Of a stretch of 64,000 bases of DNA, positions 29,062 to 41,766 are shown one piece after another (position 1 is the stretch's first letter; the number at the start of each line of letters is the position of its first letter). Both the position numbers and the translations under genes were made by a program. The stretch lies in the NCBI GenBank assembly GCA_963666485.2, contig CAXXUO010000001.1, positions 160,001-224,000 of the forward strand, written 5' to 3'. The notes beneath the pieces are model-generated. The model did not search any database. It was not told the DNA's origin and saw only the letters and a program-made list of their open reading frames with translations. The stretch is from Syntrophorhabdaceae bacterium. GTDB taxonomy: Bacteria; Desulfobacterota; Syntrophorhabdia; Syntrophorhabdales; Syntrophorhabdaceae.

Positions 29062-29727
29062 TTACCTTATCCTGTAATGTCCCGTTATGGGAAACTCAAA
29101 AAGCCTGTCTTCCTCTTTTGTCCCTGCCCCGATATTATGAATGATAAGTGGCTGGCCCGATCCGTTTTTCCTGTCACTGACGATCATGATGTGGGGAAGG
29201 CCGGGAGGCACTGTACAGGAAACGAGATCGCCCGCCCTGTAGTCGGCGCCTTTTTTTGAGATCGGCACGGAATACCCACGGCGGTCGAAGTACGTCGTGA
29301 GGTTGGCGACACGTCGATGATCTATGTTTGTATCGGGTCCCTTGAGGCCCCACTTGACCGGATACTTTTTGAAATTCCCCCGCATGTCCTCGTGGACCAA
29401 TTCCTGGAGGTCCATGCCGGGCCCCGACCTGAAAGCCCGGATGAGAACGTCCGTGCAAACGCCCCTGTCCAGGGGAACATCTCCGTTCGGATACGGGATG
29501 GATCTATATGCCGGATCGTAGACAATCGTGACGCCGATCTGCTCGCGGGCGGCACGCACTATAGAGATTCCCGGATCGTTTCCGGACTCTGCTGCTGACG
29601 CTCCGAAACCCATCAGGAGGAACGCCGACAGCAGCAGGATCGAAAAGATGGATCGGGAGAACCCTGAGACTATTGCAGGGCAAAGGGCAGGAATGGAACT
29701 AACCCCGGTCAATGAAAAAGAAAGCAA
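29062..29727 (-). CDS. DUF1287 (YijF-like) protein; start uncertain
   Basis: YDPAY..I.YPNGDV...GVCTDV, DTNIDHRRV.NL and HNIGAG motifs. Confidence 0.85.
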   Translation of the reverse strand: MLSFSLTGVSSIPALCPAIVSGFSRSIFSILLLSAFLLMGFGASAAESGNDPGISIVRAAREQIGVTIVYDPAYRSIPYPNGDVPLDRGVCTDVLIRAFRSGPGMDLQELVHEDMRGNFKKYPVKWGLKGPDTNIDHRRVANLTTYFDRRGYSVPISKKGADYRAGDLVSCTVPPGLPHIMIVSDRKNGSGQPLIIHNIGAGTKEEDRLFEFPITGHYRIR

Positions 29728-29742
29728 ATTCCCCGCCCCGTC

Positions 29743-30384
29743 TCAGGGCTGGATAGTTGCCCGCCACGGGAAAGGTCCCGCCGACCAGGAACATCCGTAC
29801 GAACCGTTGACTGTCCTCATGTCGGATGCGAGGATACCCCGATAGGTACACGTCCCGTTCCTTTGCTGCCTGGAGACGCTTACTTCAGCACCCCTGATAT
29901 TGATGGTAAGTGCCGCCCTCTCCTGCGGTTGGCCCGGCCTCGTCCAGACGGCATCGAAGGCGTTGGTCCTACCCCTTCTCGTCCATACTCCATTCCAGCC
30001 CGACTCCTCTTCATTCCAGACCCGCCCCAAAGCGTTGGTCTCATAGGTCCTCAAAAAATTCTGAAATGCGGCGCACGTACTGTTCGGTGATGGCGCGATA
30101 TTGCAGCCGCAGCCGAATCCGCCCCAGTCCCGCTCCATACACGTCTGGCCGTTAATGGTCATCCGGACCCCCTGGGTCTGACAGGTCCTCTGCGCTTCCT
30201 GGGGACTCGATATGGGTATAAATGTGCTCCCGGTAAAATAGAATATGGTAGGTGACACAGAATTGTGACGGACAAATGTCGGCTGCCAGTTGTTGCTCCT
30301 GCATTCGTCTGCGAAAAGCGCGGAAGAGTTGGCGCACAGCAGAAAGGCACAGATGCAAACTGTCAGAATGATACAACGTTTCAT
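29743..30384 (-). CDS. Hypothetical secreted Cys-rich protein
   Basis: AAGGAGG RBS, signal peptide, Cys-rich N-half and Trp/Gly-rich beta-type C-half. Confidence 0.7.
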   Translation of the reverse strand: MKRCIILTVCICAFLLCANSSALFADECRSNNWQPTFVRHNSVSPTIFYFTGSTFIPISSPQEAQRTCQTQGVRMTINGQTCMERDWGGFGCGCNIAPSPNSTCAAFQNFLRTYETNALGRVWNEEESGWNGVWTRRGRTNAFDAVWTRPGQPQERAALTINIRGAEVSVSRQQRNGTCTYRGILASDMRTVNGSYGCSWSAGPFPWRATIQP

Positions 30385-30579
30385 GGTGTCCTCCTTGAAT
30401 CTCGGAATAAAAACATTATTCGAGTGCGGCCTGCAGGTTCCCTGGCGACCATATGCTGGGATATTATCAAACAGTAGTTTTTCCGTCAATCAAGAAACTT
30501 TGCCGAGGGACGTCCATGTAACCCCCCCATCCCTTTTTACATTGCAACACCTGACCCCATGCCCTCTTCCGTTCGCATC

Positions 30580-31146
30580 TCACTTTTCCACTTCTTTTCG
30601 TATCCTGTCAACGTCTACCCGGTTCACGTAGCTGATAATGTTGGCCCATGCGCGGTTGTACCTGTATCCTCCTTCGACCATTTCGCGAATGGCTTCCTCT
30701 TTCGTCCACCCCTGGTCTACGATCCTGAACATTGCAACCATAACGCCAACTCGATCCGAACCTTTCCAGCAGTGGATCAAAAATGGACCATTCTCTCTTT
30801 TCCTGATTATCCGCAAAACCCTTACTACATCTTCATCCTCAATATGCCACGGTTTCACGTTCAGTTTTTCGACGTGTAATCCCGTCCCCTCGATCGCGTC
30901 CGCATCAGGATCAAACACATTCAACTCTATCACGGTCTTTATTCCTATTCTCTCAAGGTTCTTCATCCCTTCCGCAGTCGGCTCCTCGCTTCTATAAAGA
31001 TAGTCAGTGATCTTGTAAATATTGGTGAAACCTTCTACCTGTACCGGTGTCGCCCAGGATGCCGGCCGACCTGGCCCTACTGTGCTTTGAACGCAGCCCG
31101 GAAGAGGGGACGCCAACAAGACCAATAGCCAGAGAACAATCCGCAT
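30580..31146 (-). CDS. Cys-based (tyrosine/dual-specificity) phosphatase, probable lipoprotein
   Basis: IHCWKGSDRVG P-loop (HCxxGxxR); LPGC lipobox-like signal; GAGGAGG RBS. Confidence 0.88.
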   Translation of the reverse strand: MRIVLWLLVLLASPLPGCVQSTVGPGRPASWATPVQVEGFTNIYKITDYLYRSEEPTAEGMKNLERIGIKTVIELNVFDPDADAIEGTGLHVEKLNVKPWHIEDEDVVRVLRIIRKRENGPFLIHCWKGSDRVGVMVAMFRIVDQGWTKEEAIREMVEGGYRYNRAWANIISYVNRVDVDRIRKEVEK

Positions 31147-31370
31147 TACAAGTACCTCCTCTTCGCGCAATCCCTGCCTGTTCACATTATAAGCAGTGCT
31201 TACGGTAAAGAAACCGTTGAGGTCATGCTTGGATGCATAACCGGGGGACGTTCGTTAAAAACTAAAAAACTCCAATTTATTGTCACTGACACGTTATTGC
31301 AGAGCATTGAGAATTATTGGACACGAGGACTAGGGGTGTCCTCCTGTCCAATACCGTGATATACTATCGG

Positions 31371-32063
31371 ATGAAATTTTCTATCAGTAAAAGCCTGCAT
31401 TTCGATGATCTCTCACAATGGCTCTCGGGCCTTGAAAAGATCCCCCTGGAACTCGCGCTACCTTACGATATGCAGGAATTTTTGTCTATCGTCGGGCGCC
31501 TTGACGAACTGAAAGAGTATGTGCGGGATAAAAACATAGTCGTCAATTCAGTCCATGCACCCCATGCGCGCCTTTCCGCCAACGCGTTCCCGTCATGGGC
31601 ACTGCCGGTTATGAGGTTTTCGTTCAGGGTCAGCGCCCGCTTTTGTGTCTTTCATCCTGAGAATCATGTAGCAAAGGCAAGAAAACCTGACTTTCAAGCA
31701 ATTGCCCTCTCGTACATAAAGTCTGTACAGACGAAAATCTCTGTCCCGATGGCGATCGAGACCTTAAGAAGCAACAGCAGGTTGTTCACACCCGCGGAAA
31801 TAGTGCAGCATGATCTGCCCATGGCCCTGAACACGTCACACATAACAGAACAGCTGGCAATCAAGCTGATAGAACAATACTCAGGTAATATTGTGGATGT
31901 CCGTCTGTCGGAAAATGGGACCTCATCGGAAGGATTCGGTATTTCCATACTTGAAGCATTAAAAGTCAGGAAATGGGATGGGTCCGTGACCCTGGAATAC
32001 TTACCGGAAAATCAAGACAGGCTCATGCCGGACAGGGAACGGCTGGAAAGTATGTTCGGATGA
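31371..32063 (+). CDS. Sugar-phosphate isomerase/epimerase-like TIM-barrel protein, degenerate metal ligands
   Basis: SVHAP, VFHP, AIET, LNTSH and TLEY motifs. Confidence 0.65.
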   Translation: MKFSISKSLHFDDLSQWLSGLEKIPLELALPYDMQEFLSIVGRLDELKEYVRDKNIVVNSVHAPHARLSANAFPSWALPVMRFSFRVSARFCVFHPENHVAKARKPDFQAIALSYIKSVQTKISVPMAIETLRSNSRLFTPAEIVQHDLPMALNTSHITEQLAIKLIEQYSGNIVDVRLSENGTSSEGFGISILEALKVRKWDGSVTLEYLPENQDRLMPDRERLESMFG

Positions 32064-32146
32064 ACACAATATTCCCCAGAATCGGGATGCGCGAATGAAG
32101 GTGTTTATTCTTTGAAGAACGTCCCCCTCCTTCCCGCTTCTTTTTT

Positions 32147-33013
32147 TCAATTGTCAGATTTCCACCGGCCGCCTTCCTCGGCGAATGTGCTCCACTGGTT
32201 ACCGGAGAAGATGATGACCGCTGTTCCGCCACGCACGACAACGCGCTTGATATTCTTGAGGGAATCTTCCATATCCTTTGCGGCCTCCTGCGCGAATGCC
32301 TTCGCCTCATCCGCGCTCATCCGGGCGAGAAGAAGGTCCGTCCTGGCGTTTGACCGTTCGGTCGACAGGCGCTTGACCGCGTCAAAATCGCCTTTCTTCA
32401 GAGCGTTGATCTTTTCCTTCAGGACCTTTGCCTGCGGGCTGTCCTGTGCGGCCTTGCCCTTAAGGTCGGCAGTGACCGGCAATTCATTGAAAAGCGGGGC
32501 GCTGAATTTTACAGAGAAGGATATCGTCGGTATCTCATCGTTTCCGGCACCCTTCTCGGTATACTCGGTTTCCCCCGAAACCCGTGTCTTTGAGACGGCA
32601 AGGTTCTTGAAAAGCTTCTTTCCGGAATCGCTGCGGCTCAGGGTCGTGAGCGACATGCCCTGTCGGGAAGGCTTCCGGAGAATTGTCACAACCATCTTAC
32701 TCTGGTCCGCCGGATCGAACTGGAGGAGGAGTCCGCGGACCTTGCCTTCTTTGGCCAGGGTCGTGACCGGCAGGAAGGCTATTCCCCGCAGGGACTCCTG
32801 AGGAACCTTCCTGTCCGCCAGCACTATGCGGATCTCTTTCGGGCGGTCGAGCAATCCTTCGGCGTTGTCGTGGAATTGGGCATAAGCCTCTTTCAACTCG
32901 ATCGTTTCATTATTGATCACGAGAGTGCCTTGCACCCTGCCGGGATCGATAGCGTGCGCCGCTTGAAAACACAACAGCAGAAGAATAAGAAAACTCAGAA
33001 CGGTTCTTGTCAT
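32147..33013 (-). CDS. Hypothetical exported protein
   Basis: Signal peptide ending AHA; 288 aa. Confidence 0.75.
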   Translation of the reverse strand: MTRTVLSFLILLLLCFQAAHAIDPGRVQGTLVINNETIELKEAYAQFHDNAEGLLDRPKEIRIVLADRKVPQESLRGIAFLPVTTLAKEGKVRGLLLQFDPADQSKMVVTILRKPSRQGMSLTTLSRSDSGKKLFKNLAVSKTRVSGETEYTEKGAGNDEIPTISFSVKFSAPLFNELPVTADLKGKAAQDSPQAKVLKEKINALKKGDFDAVKRLSTERSNARTDLLLARMSADEAKAFAQEAAKDMEDSLKNIKRVVVRGGTAVIIFSGNQWSTFAEEGGRWKSDN

Positions 33014-33042
33014 AGTTCCCCCAACGTAACCACTATTTTTCT

Positions 33043-33309
33043 CTACGTATGATCAAATATCAGCTGCTTTGCTTCGACGCCGTCAATAGCATTTAATTTC
33101 TGCGTGAATTCGTGAAAACGCGAATCGGCCCCCACAAATTCGACCAGCAGTATACCGCCGGTCGAGGCCTCTTTGTCGTCGAGCTCATGTAATCCTAACC
33201 GTGTCTTTATGTTGCCTCCAAAATCGGTTAGGACCTGCTGTACCGGCAGCGCACGCACCAGCCGCTCCGTGACGTGAATCCCGAGAATGAGGTGTTTAGC
33301 TTTCTTCAT
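33043..33309 (-). CDS. Small ACT-like protein (TM1266 / iron-only hydrogenase regulator-like)
   Basis: GGAGG RBS; VQQVLT.FG.NIKTRLGLH and L..IDGVE motifs. Confidence 0.65.
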   Translation of the reverse strand: MKKAKHLILGIHVTERLVRALPVQQVLTDFGGNIKTRLGLHELDDKEASTGGILLVEFVGADSRFHEFTQKLNAIDGVEAKQLIFDHT

Positions 33310-33852
33310 AACGTAACCTCCTGAGATAATGGTATTGTGGTGTATGATAGAATTATATCACGTTTAGGCCGTTTCCCGGCTTCAACGTAATTCAATTTCG
33401 ACATGCCTGCCGTGCCTTCTTGGCCTGCCCTTATCAATTGCGTGCATTGGGGGTCATCACACATTGTGCGTGAGACAGGCTGCAAACAAGGAATGGCGAC
33501 AGCTTAAAGAAGATCTCGTCATGCAAGCGTTCCATTACACGACCTGACCCCATAATTCTTGCAAGCTGGCAGAAGGTGACGAGATATTGACATATTCAGG
33601 AACGTACCCGGTTTACCGACTCACCTTCATACATATTGTGCGTGATAGGCCACGGTGCAAGATTACCCCACTGTGCTGAAATAACAACATATTTAGTCTT
33701 TCATGACTCTACCCCGTCTTGCAAAAGAGGAAGGTCTCGGAGGATAATTTTTAACAAGGGCAAGCCGGGTCCAGGCGTGACGTCACGACAGCTATTGATC
33801 CGTTGGTTGCCAACGAGACCGCGGGAAATTGCGGGAACCACAGGAGGGTGCA

Positions 33853-34671
33853 ATGATCGATACATTGACCAACTTTGACCGTTTTTTAACCGTTTATCTT
33901 ATTCCCGTCGGGTGGAAAGTTCTCGGTGCCATCGTCCTGTGGATAGCAGGAGGCTGGGCGATCAGGATTATCGGGAATCTTTCGGGAAAGGGAATGCGGG
34001 CGCAAAAATTGGATCCCACGCTCATTAAGTACTTCGATGCCACTATCCGGGTTATCCTCAAAATAGTCCTTGTCATAGCGATCCTTTCCATCTTCGGCAT
34101 CCAGACCACGTCCTTCGTGGCCCTGATCGCTGCTGCCGGCATCGCTATCGGGGCAGCTTGGGGAGGTCTCCTGGCAAATTTCGCGGCCGGCGCCTTTCTC
34201 ATTATTCTGAGGCCTTTTCATGTCGGGGACATGATCACGGCAGCCGGGATGACGGGCGATGTCAGGGAAATCGGACTATTCGCCACAACCATCGATACAG
34301 TAGACAATCTCCGTGTTGTTGTGGGCAACAACAAGATCCTGTCGGACAACATCGTCAACTATACGACCAACCCGTTCCGACGCGTCGACCTGAAAGCACA
34401 GCTTGCCCAGAGTGTGGACCCCAATGAAGCAGCGACGCGCCTCACGGAACGGGTAAAGAAGATACCAAACGTCGTGGAGTCTCCCGCCCCGTCCGTGGAG
34501 ATACTGGAATTCAACCTCGCCGGACCGGTGCTCGCTGTGCGCCCTTTCTGCCACAACAAAGATTACTGGCAAGTGTTCTTTGACACGAACAGGGCAATAC
34601 AGGAGGTTTGCGCAACGGCCGGCTATGCAGCGCCGTGGACGAACCGGGTGGTTTATCATAAACCCCTGTAA
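33853..34671 (+). CDS. Small-conductance mechanosensitive channel, MscS family
   Basis: 3 TM segments, AGIAIG.A..G.LANFAAG, RPF.VGD and G.V.EIGLF motifs. Confidence 0.93.
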   Translation: MIDTLTNFDRFLTVYLIPVGWKVLGAIVLWIAGGWAIRIIGNLSGKGMRAQKLDPTLIKYFDATIRVILKIVLVIAILSIFGIQTTSFVALIAAAGIAIGAAWGGLLANFAAGAFLIILRPFHVGDMITAAGMTGDVREIGLFATTIDTVDNLRVVVGNNKILSDNIVNYTTNPFRRVDLKAQLAQSVDPNEAATRLTERVKKIPNVVESPAPSVEILEFNLAGPVLAVRPFCHNKDYWQVFFDTNRAIQEVCATAGYAAPWTNRVVYHKPL

Positions 34672-34734
34672 TGCCTGATGTCAGGTCAAGGAGAGACAGC
34701 GGGAAGGCAGGGGACGTCCCTGACTTCCTGCATG

Positions 34735-35220
34735 CTACTTTGCCAAACGTACGGGAAGAACTCTTTGAAAAAGGTTGGTTGACTGCTTGAGCCACATCCG
34801 TTTGCCGCCGAAGAATTCTAAACCGGCGACCTCAGAACCTCGCGTTTCGGACGCCAGCACCAGGTCGCATGAAAATCGGATCAATTTTGTCAGATGTTCC
34901 TCTCCACATTCAGACTGGTAGGTCTTGCTCCTGTCATACAGGCCGGCAAGTTCGTCCAGGGTCGGCATCCGCCAGTCTGTGTAGCCGCCGCCGCGAAAAT
35001 TCTGGCAATATGATCTGGCATTGGAATAGCTGATGTCGCTTCCGTTGTCCTTTGCCGCCCACATAAGATTGGTCCTCGTATCGAGAACCGTTCCGTTGTC
35101 GTAGGCGATAAAAGGGCCATCCCGACCCGTCTCTCCCGCCGTGACATATTGGGCAGCGATGATTCCTGCAAAAGCGGCCATTATCAGTACCGCCGCCATT
35201 GTTGCCGATGGTCTTCTCAT
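34735..35220 (-). CDS. DUF1566 (Lcl C-terminal) domain exported protein
   Basis: NGTVLD..TNLMW, A..YC, GGYTDWRMPT..EL and C-terminal VLPVR motifs. Confidence 0.85.
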   Translation of the reverse strand: MRRPSATMAAVLIMAAFAGIIAAQYVTAGETGRDGPFIAYDNGTVLDTRTNLMWAAKDNGSDISYSNARSYCQNFRGGGYTDWRMPTLDELAGLYDRSKTYQSECGEEHLTKLIRFSCDLVLASETRGSEVAGLEFFGGKRMWLKQSTNLFQRVLPVRLAK

Positions 35221-35401
35221 ACCCGGACCCCCTTTCGCTTTATGTTTTCCACTTCAACTGCCTGACTTTTCTCAGGCATCAAAAATCATCCGATCTCCGG
35301 CCCTCCCTCTTAGCTGGCTCGTTAGGCTTGGACTTGACCCGGACAGACAGGACCGTCCTTTAAGGACGCCCTATCTTCCCTGTCTTCGAGGGGTCTTCCT
35401 G

Positions 35402-35689
35402 TTAATATTTGTCGGGATTGAAGTTGCCTTCATGACCGAAATGCTTTTTATTCGCATTTTTCTGAGCCGCTATGTCGCTCGCGCTGGCTCCGTTGTCATG
35501 CATCCTGGTAATGATCTTATCCGCGGCGTTCTTGCGCTTTTGATCCATATCTTTTTCTTTTTGCGTGGATTGACCTGACGTAGTGCCTGTTTTCGAAGTG
35601 TCCGCCGCCATTACATTCAATGCCTGACCGGCGAAAAAGCTGCATGATACGACTAATGCGCTCAACAAAACCAGGGTTCTTCCTTTCAT
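35402..35689 (-). CDS. Hypothetical secreted protein
   Basis: GGAG RBS, signal peptide, hydrophilic mature part. Confidence 0.65.
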   Translation of the reverse strand: MKGRTLVLLSALVVSCSFFAGQALNVMAADTSKTGTTSGQSTQKEKDMDQKRKNAADKIITRMHDNGASASDIAAQKNANKKHFGHEGNFNPDKY

Positions 35690-36145
35690 GATCTCTCTCC
35701 TTCCGGGCATTTTTTGTGATTGAGTATATCAGAGCATGTACGGGTTTTCAATGCCAGGGTTGGCAAGGGCAAAAGCCTTCCTCAGGTTTGCTCAAATCCA
35801 GAGATCCCGGCGTCGTACCGACTCGTAGTCTTTTGCTGACCCCGTTCCCTTTCCCTTTCGCGGCCAATCGGCGACAAAAGGAGAGATATTGAGATATTTG
35901 AGGACGTCCCCGAGCCCCATTACGAACCCCCCTGAGAGATTCCCTGACCCGCAACGAGGGCCGAGATATTGGCATATCTAAGGACGTCCCCGAGTTCCTC
36001 GTCCCTGAGTTCCTGCATCACCACTAGAGTTCTAAAATGGTGATATTGCAAGTTCTGATCTCATGTTTCTGTTGACATAATATCAGGAAATTCGTACACT
36101 CAAATCTCGAAACGAGTAAATTTTTGACCACAAAAGGGGAAACAG

Positions 36146-36490
36146 ATGAAAAAGCTGAACATAATGATGGGCGCTTCCATATTTCTTTTGGCAATATTCA
36201 TTGTTAACGCAACGGCGTACGAAAGAGTATACAGCTACGAGCCCGAAACAGAATATGTCGGGCAAGGGGTCGTTGATTTTAAGAATATAACACCAGAACA
36301 GTGCCTGGCGGCTTGCAAACGGGAAGGCCGGTGTGGGTATTATACCTGGTATCCTGCCGGCGCGCCATCAGCAAGCACCCGGTATTCCCCGGCTGAGAAC
36401 AAATATACGCGGTGTTTACTTATGATGGGCCCGTTCAAAAAGTACACGAAGAGGGCGGCCATCTCCGGCATGATACAGGAGAGCAGATAA
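36146..36490 (+). CDS. Secreted PAN/Apple-like domain protein
   Basis: Signal peptide; PEQCLAAC...RCGYYTW...CLL...AISG pattern. Confidence 0.65.
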   Translation: MKKLNIMMGASIFLLAIFIVNATAYERVYSYEPETEYVGQGVVDFKNITPEQCLAACKREGRCGYYTWYPAGAPSASTRYSPAENKYTRCLLMMGPFKKYTKRAAISGMIQESR

Positions 36491-36535
36491 CCAAGAGTTC
36501 TTCACGTGTCGAGAATCATGTCCGGTCCGCAGTAC

Positions 36536-36622
36536 CGAAAATAAGGCGCCAAGTAAGGCGCCATATTTTTTTATAAAAAACTCAGTAACGACCTACTTTC
36601 CTACAGAGTCGCCCCTGCAGTA
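36536..36622 (-). pseudogene. Degenerate copy of the 5S rRNA 3' end plus its downstream terminator
   Basis: 36581-36622 matches 38528-38569 at 37 of 42 positions; the flanking GGCGCC..GGCGCC terminator sequence is also echoed. Confidence 0.85.
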
Positions 36623-36849
36623 AGGGCGTCCCTGACTCTCTGACTATCCTAAGGACAGAAGGCCTAGATATTTCTCTAAAATCACCGAGGTTGTTCAATC
36701 GTAGGCTCTACCCCCTGTTTTGAGCAAATATTGACATATCCAAGGACGTCCCTCAGTTACTTTTTAACGAACGCTCCTGGTCGCCCTATAATCTTTGGTA
36801 ACTCTGCCTGACTTTGTGTAAGATAAGGATCAGATGAGGAGATGCAATC

Positions 36850-37311
36850 ATGGATGAACTGACCGATTCCCATTCCTGGGCTGTAAAAGGGGATAAGCTT
36901 AGGGCGGACAAAAATTGGCCGGAGCTTATCAAACACTGTGAAAACTGGCTAAAAAAATACCCTGGAGAGCTCAGCGCTCAAATCCTTCTTGGGGAAGCAT
37001 ATAACAATGCAGGCCGATACCAGGAATCGATGGACCTCTATTTCAAAGTCGTTACAAAAAGACCCAATGATTATGCGACCTGGTATTTGCTCGGTTCTCT
37101 CGCTGTCAGAGTCGGGAAAACTGAGGAAGCTATCAACTACTTCTCAATGGCAGTCTACACGAACCGTGATATGGGGGCGACAATCAAATCGACGTACCCG
37201 GACCTTTACGAAAAAGTAAGAAAACAATCCGGTTCGAATAGAATATTGCGGCTTTGCGTCGGAATAATCATTCTTATCCTGTTTGCAATCGCGGTCTGGA
37301 TATTTTTCTAA
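36850..37311 (+). CDS. TPR-containing protein with C-terminal TM helix
   Basis: GAGGAG RBS; LGEAY...GRY.ES and WYLLG...GK.EEA..YF..A repeats. Confidence 0.8.
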   Translation: MDELTDSHSWAVKGDKLRADKNWPELIKHCENWLKKYPGELSAQILLGEAYNNAGRYQESMDLYFKVVTKRPNDYATWYLLGSLAVRVGKTEEAINYFSMAVYTNRDMGATIKSTYPDLYEKVRKQSGSNRILRLCVGIIILILFAIAVWIFF

Positions 37312-37519
37312 ATTAATCACGTACATTCAACGCGTTCTTCCCCGCTGAGATTCAAGGGGCGTTGAAGCCCCCCAAACACTCCGGACAACTGAGTCAACAA
37401 CGCTCCCTTTTTTATATTGAGTGACTCGATATTCCAAAGTTAAGGATCTGCCCGATATATTACTTTTTAACGAACGTTCCTAATCACCCGAATTATTGAA
37501 GATCGTTCGAATCCTCTTC

Positions 37520-37969
37520 CTAGGGCAATGGGGGCATCTTGCCGGTGCTCTTCCCATCCTTCGCATATTTGAGGGCGATTCCGACTGTCATATCCTCCGG
37601 GCTGCCTTTTACAAGGATGCTGCTAAACCTTCCATTCCTTGTTTGTTCCGATTCCGGGTATTCAAGAACTATCTCGCCCTTCTCACTATACCAATGGGAT
37701 TCCAGTATCCTTGTCCCGCGCGGCTCGTTTGTACGGGCTTCGACCTTATCGAGGATCCTCTTGGTCTTCATGGCGGGCTCCGGTTTATCATTCACTGTCA
37801 GCCGCCAGTATGTGATCGTGTCCTTGTTCCTGGTGACACTGTCGGAGTCTATGTAGTATTTTGCCGTTATGCCAAGCATCGTATTGGTAGTAACATGCAC
37901 CCAGTTCGTCGCAAACGCACTACCGGAGAAGAAAAGAAATGCCAGGAAGCAGAAGATAACTTTTTTCAT
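37520..37969 (-). CDS. Exported hypothetical protein (surface-adhesin-E-like)
   Basis: GGAGG RBS, signal peptide, W......YYIDSDSV.R.....YW pattern. Confidence 0.6.
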   Translation of the reverse strand: MKKVIFCFLAFLFFSGSAFATNWVHVTTNTMLGITAKYYIDSDSVTRNKDTITYWRLTVNDKPEPAMKTKRILDKVEARTNEPRGTRILESHWYSEKGEIVLEYPESEQTRNGRFSSILVKGSPEDMTVGIALKYAKDGKSTGKMPPLP

Positions 37970-38150
37970 ACCGCGAACCTCCCTTATAAATGATTCCGGC
38001 GATCTCGGAGAACACATTCAGGCAACATGTCCGCTATATAATAAAAATCGATCGTCGCTCTTGCAATCAAATTAATGAGGCATGATGATCAATATTCGAC
38101 TCATTCTTTAAAAAAGCACTAAAAGCCCAAAATTTGAAGACGGAAAACCT

Positions 38151-38308
38151 TGGATCCCGGTGTCAAGCACCGGGATCACGGCACGTAATAAAGGATAACG
38201 GGCTAAAATAAACAAATGATGGGCTAATAATAAAATATATAATTTCAAAGGCAAAGACACTGGATGGCAATGACAACCAACTGGATTCCCGCATTCGCGG
38301 GAATGACG
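38151..38308. repeat. CGTC-type REP palindromes: 2 copies plus a truncated copy
   Basis: TGGATCCCGGTGTCAAGCACCGGGATCACG (38151-38180) and TGGATTCCCGCATTCGCGGGAATGACG (38282-38308). Confidence 0.85.
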
Positions 38309-38481
38309 GATTGTTAGGTTTCGTGGAAAGTTATTTTGTTGGATTTCTTGCGGATTATTCCGGCAAAGCCGGAATCAATAATAGTTTCAGCCGCAAGGCC
38401 TGAAATCCTTTTTGGTCCGGCCGAACGTCAGTAAAACTAGGATGTGCGCACCAGTCCGGCAGGCCGAGGTGCTTTTTTACG

Positions 38482-38510
38482 AAAAAAAAGGCGCCTTTTT
38501 GGGCGCCTGT
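38482..38510 (-). terminator. Rho-independent terminator of the rRNA operon
   Basis: AGGCGCC stem followed by a T-run on the minus strand, just past the 5S gene. Confidence 0.7.
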
Positions 38511-38526
38511 TTTTTCGTAAAAAAAG

Positions 38527-38643
38527 ACCCGGCAACGACCTACTTTCCCACAGAGTCACCCCTGCAGTATCATCGGCGCGGTAGAGCTTAACTGCCGTGT
38601 TCGGGATGGGAACGGGTGTGGCCTCTACGCTATGGTCACCGGG
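38527..38643 (-). rRNA. rrf: 5S rRNA
   Basis: Conserved CCCGTTCCCATCCCGAACAC and GAAAGTAGGTCGTTGCCGGG; ends approximate. Confidence 0.97.
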
Positions 38644-38704
38644 AAACTTTTTGAATCTATAAATTTTTAGGACAACTATATACGTTATTGAAAATTTTTG
38701 ATTA

Positions 38705-41709
<3,005 letters not shown>

Positions 41710-41766
41710 AAAAATCAAAAATTTTCAAAACATATATAGTTGTCAAAGAACATTCAAACCATTTAC

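Larger units (their letters stand above)
35886..36756 (+). repeat. Dispersed 29-bp repeat ATATTGRSATATYYRAGGACGTCCCYSAG, 3 copies
   Basis: Copies at 35886-35914, 35966-35994 and 36728-36756. Confidence 0.8.

Noticed and set aside
35886..36756. 29-bp repeats as a CRISPR array or integron attC sites
   Set aside because: Only three copies with irregular spacing (80 and about 760 bp), and no RYYYAAC/GTTRRRY attC ends
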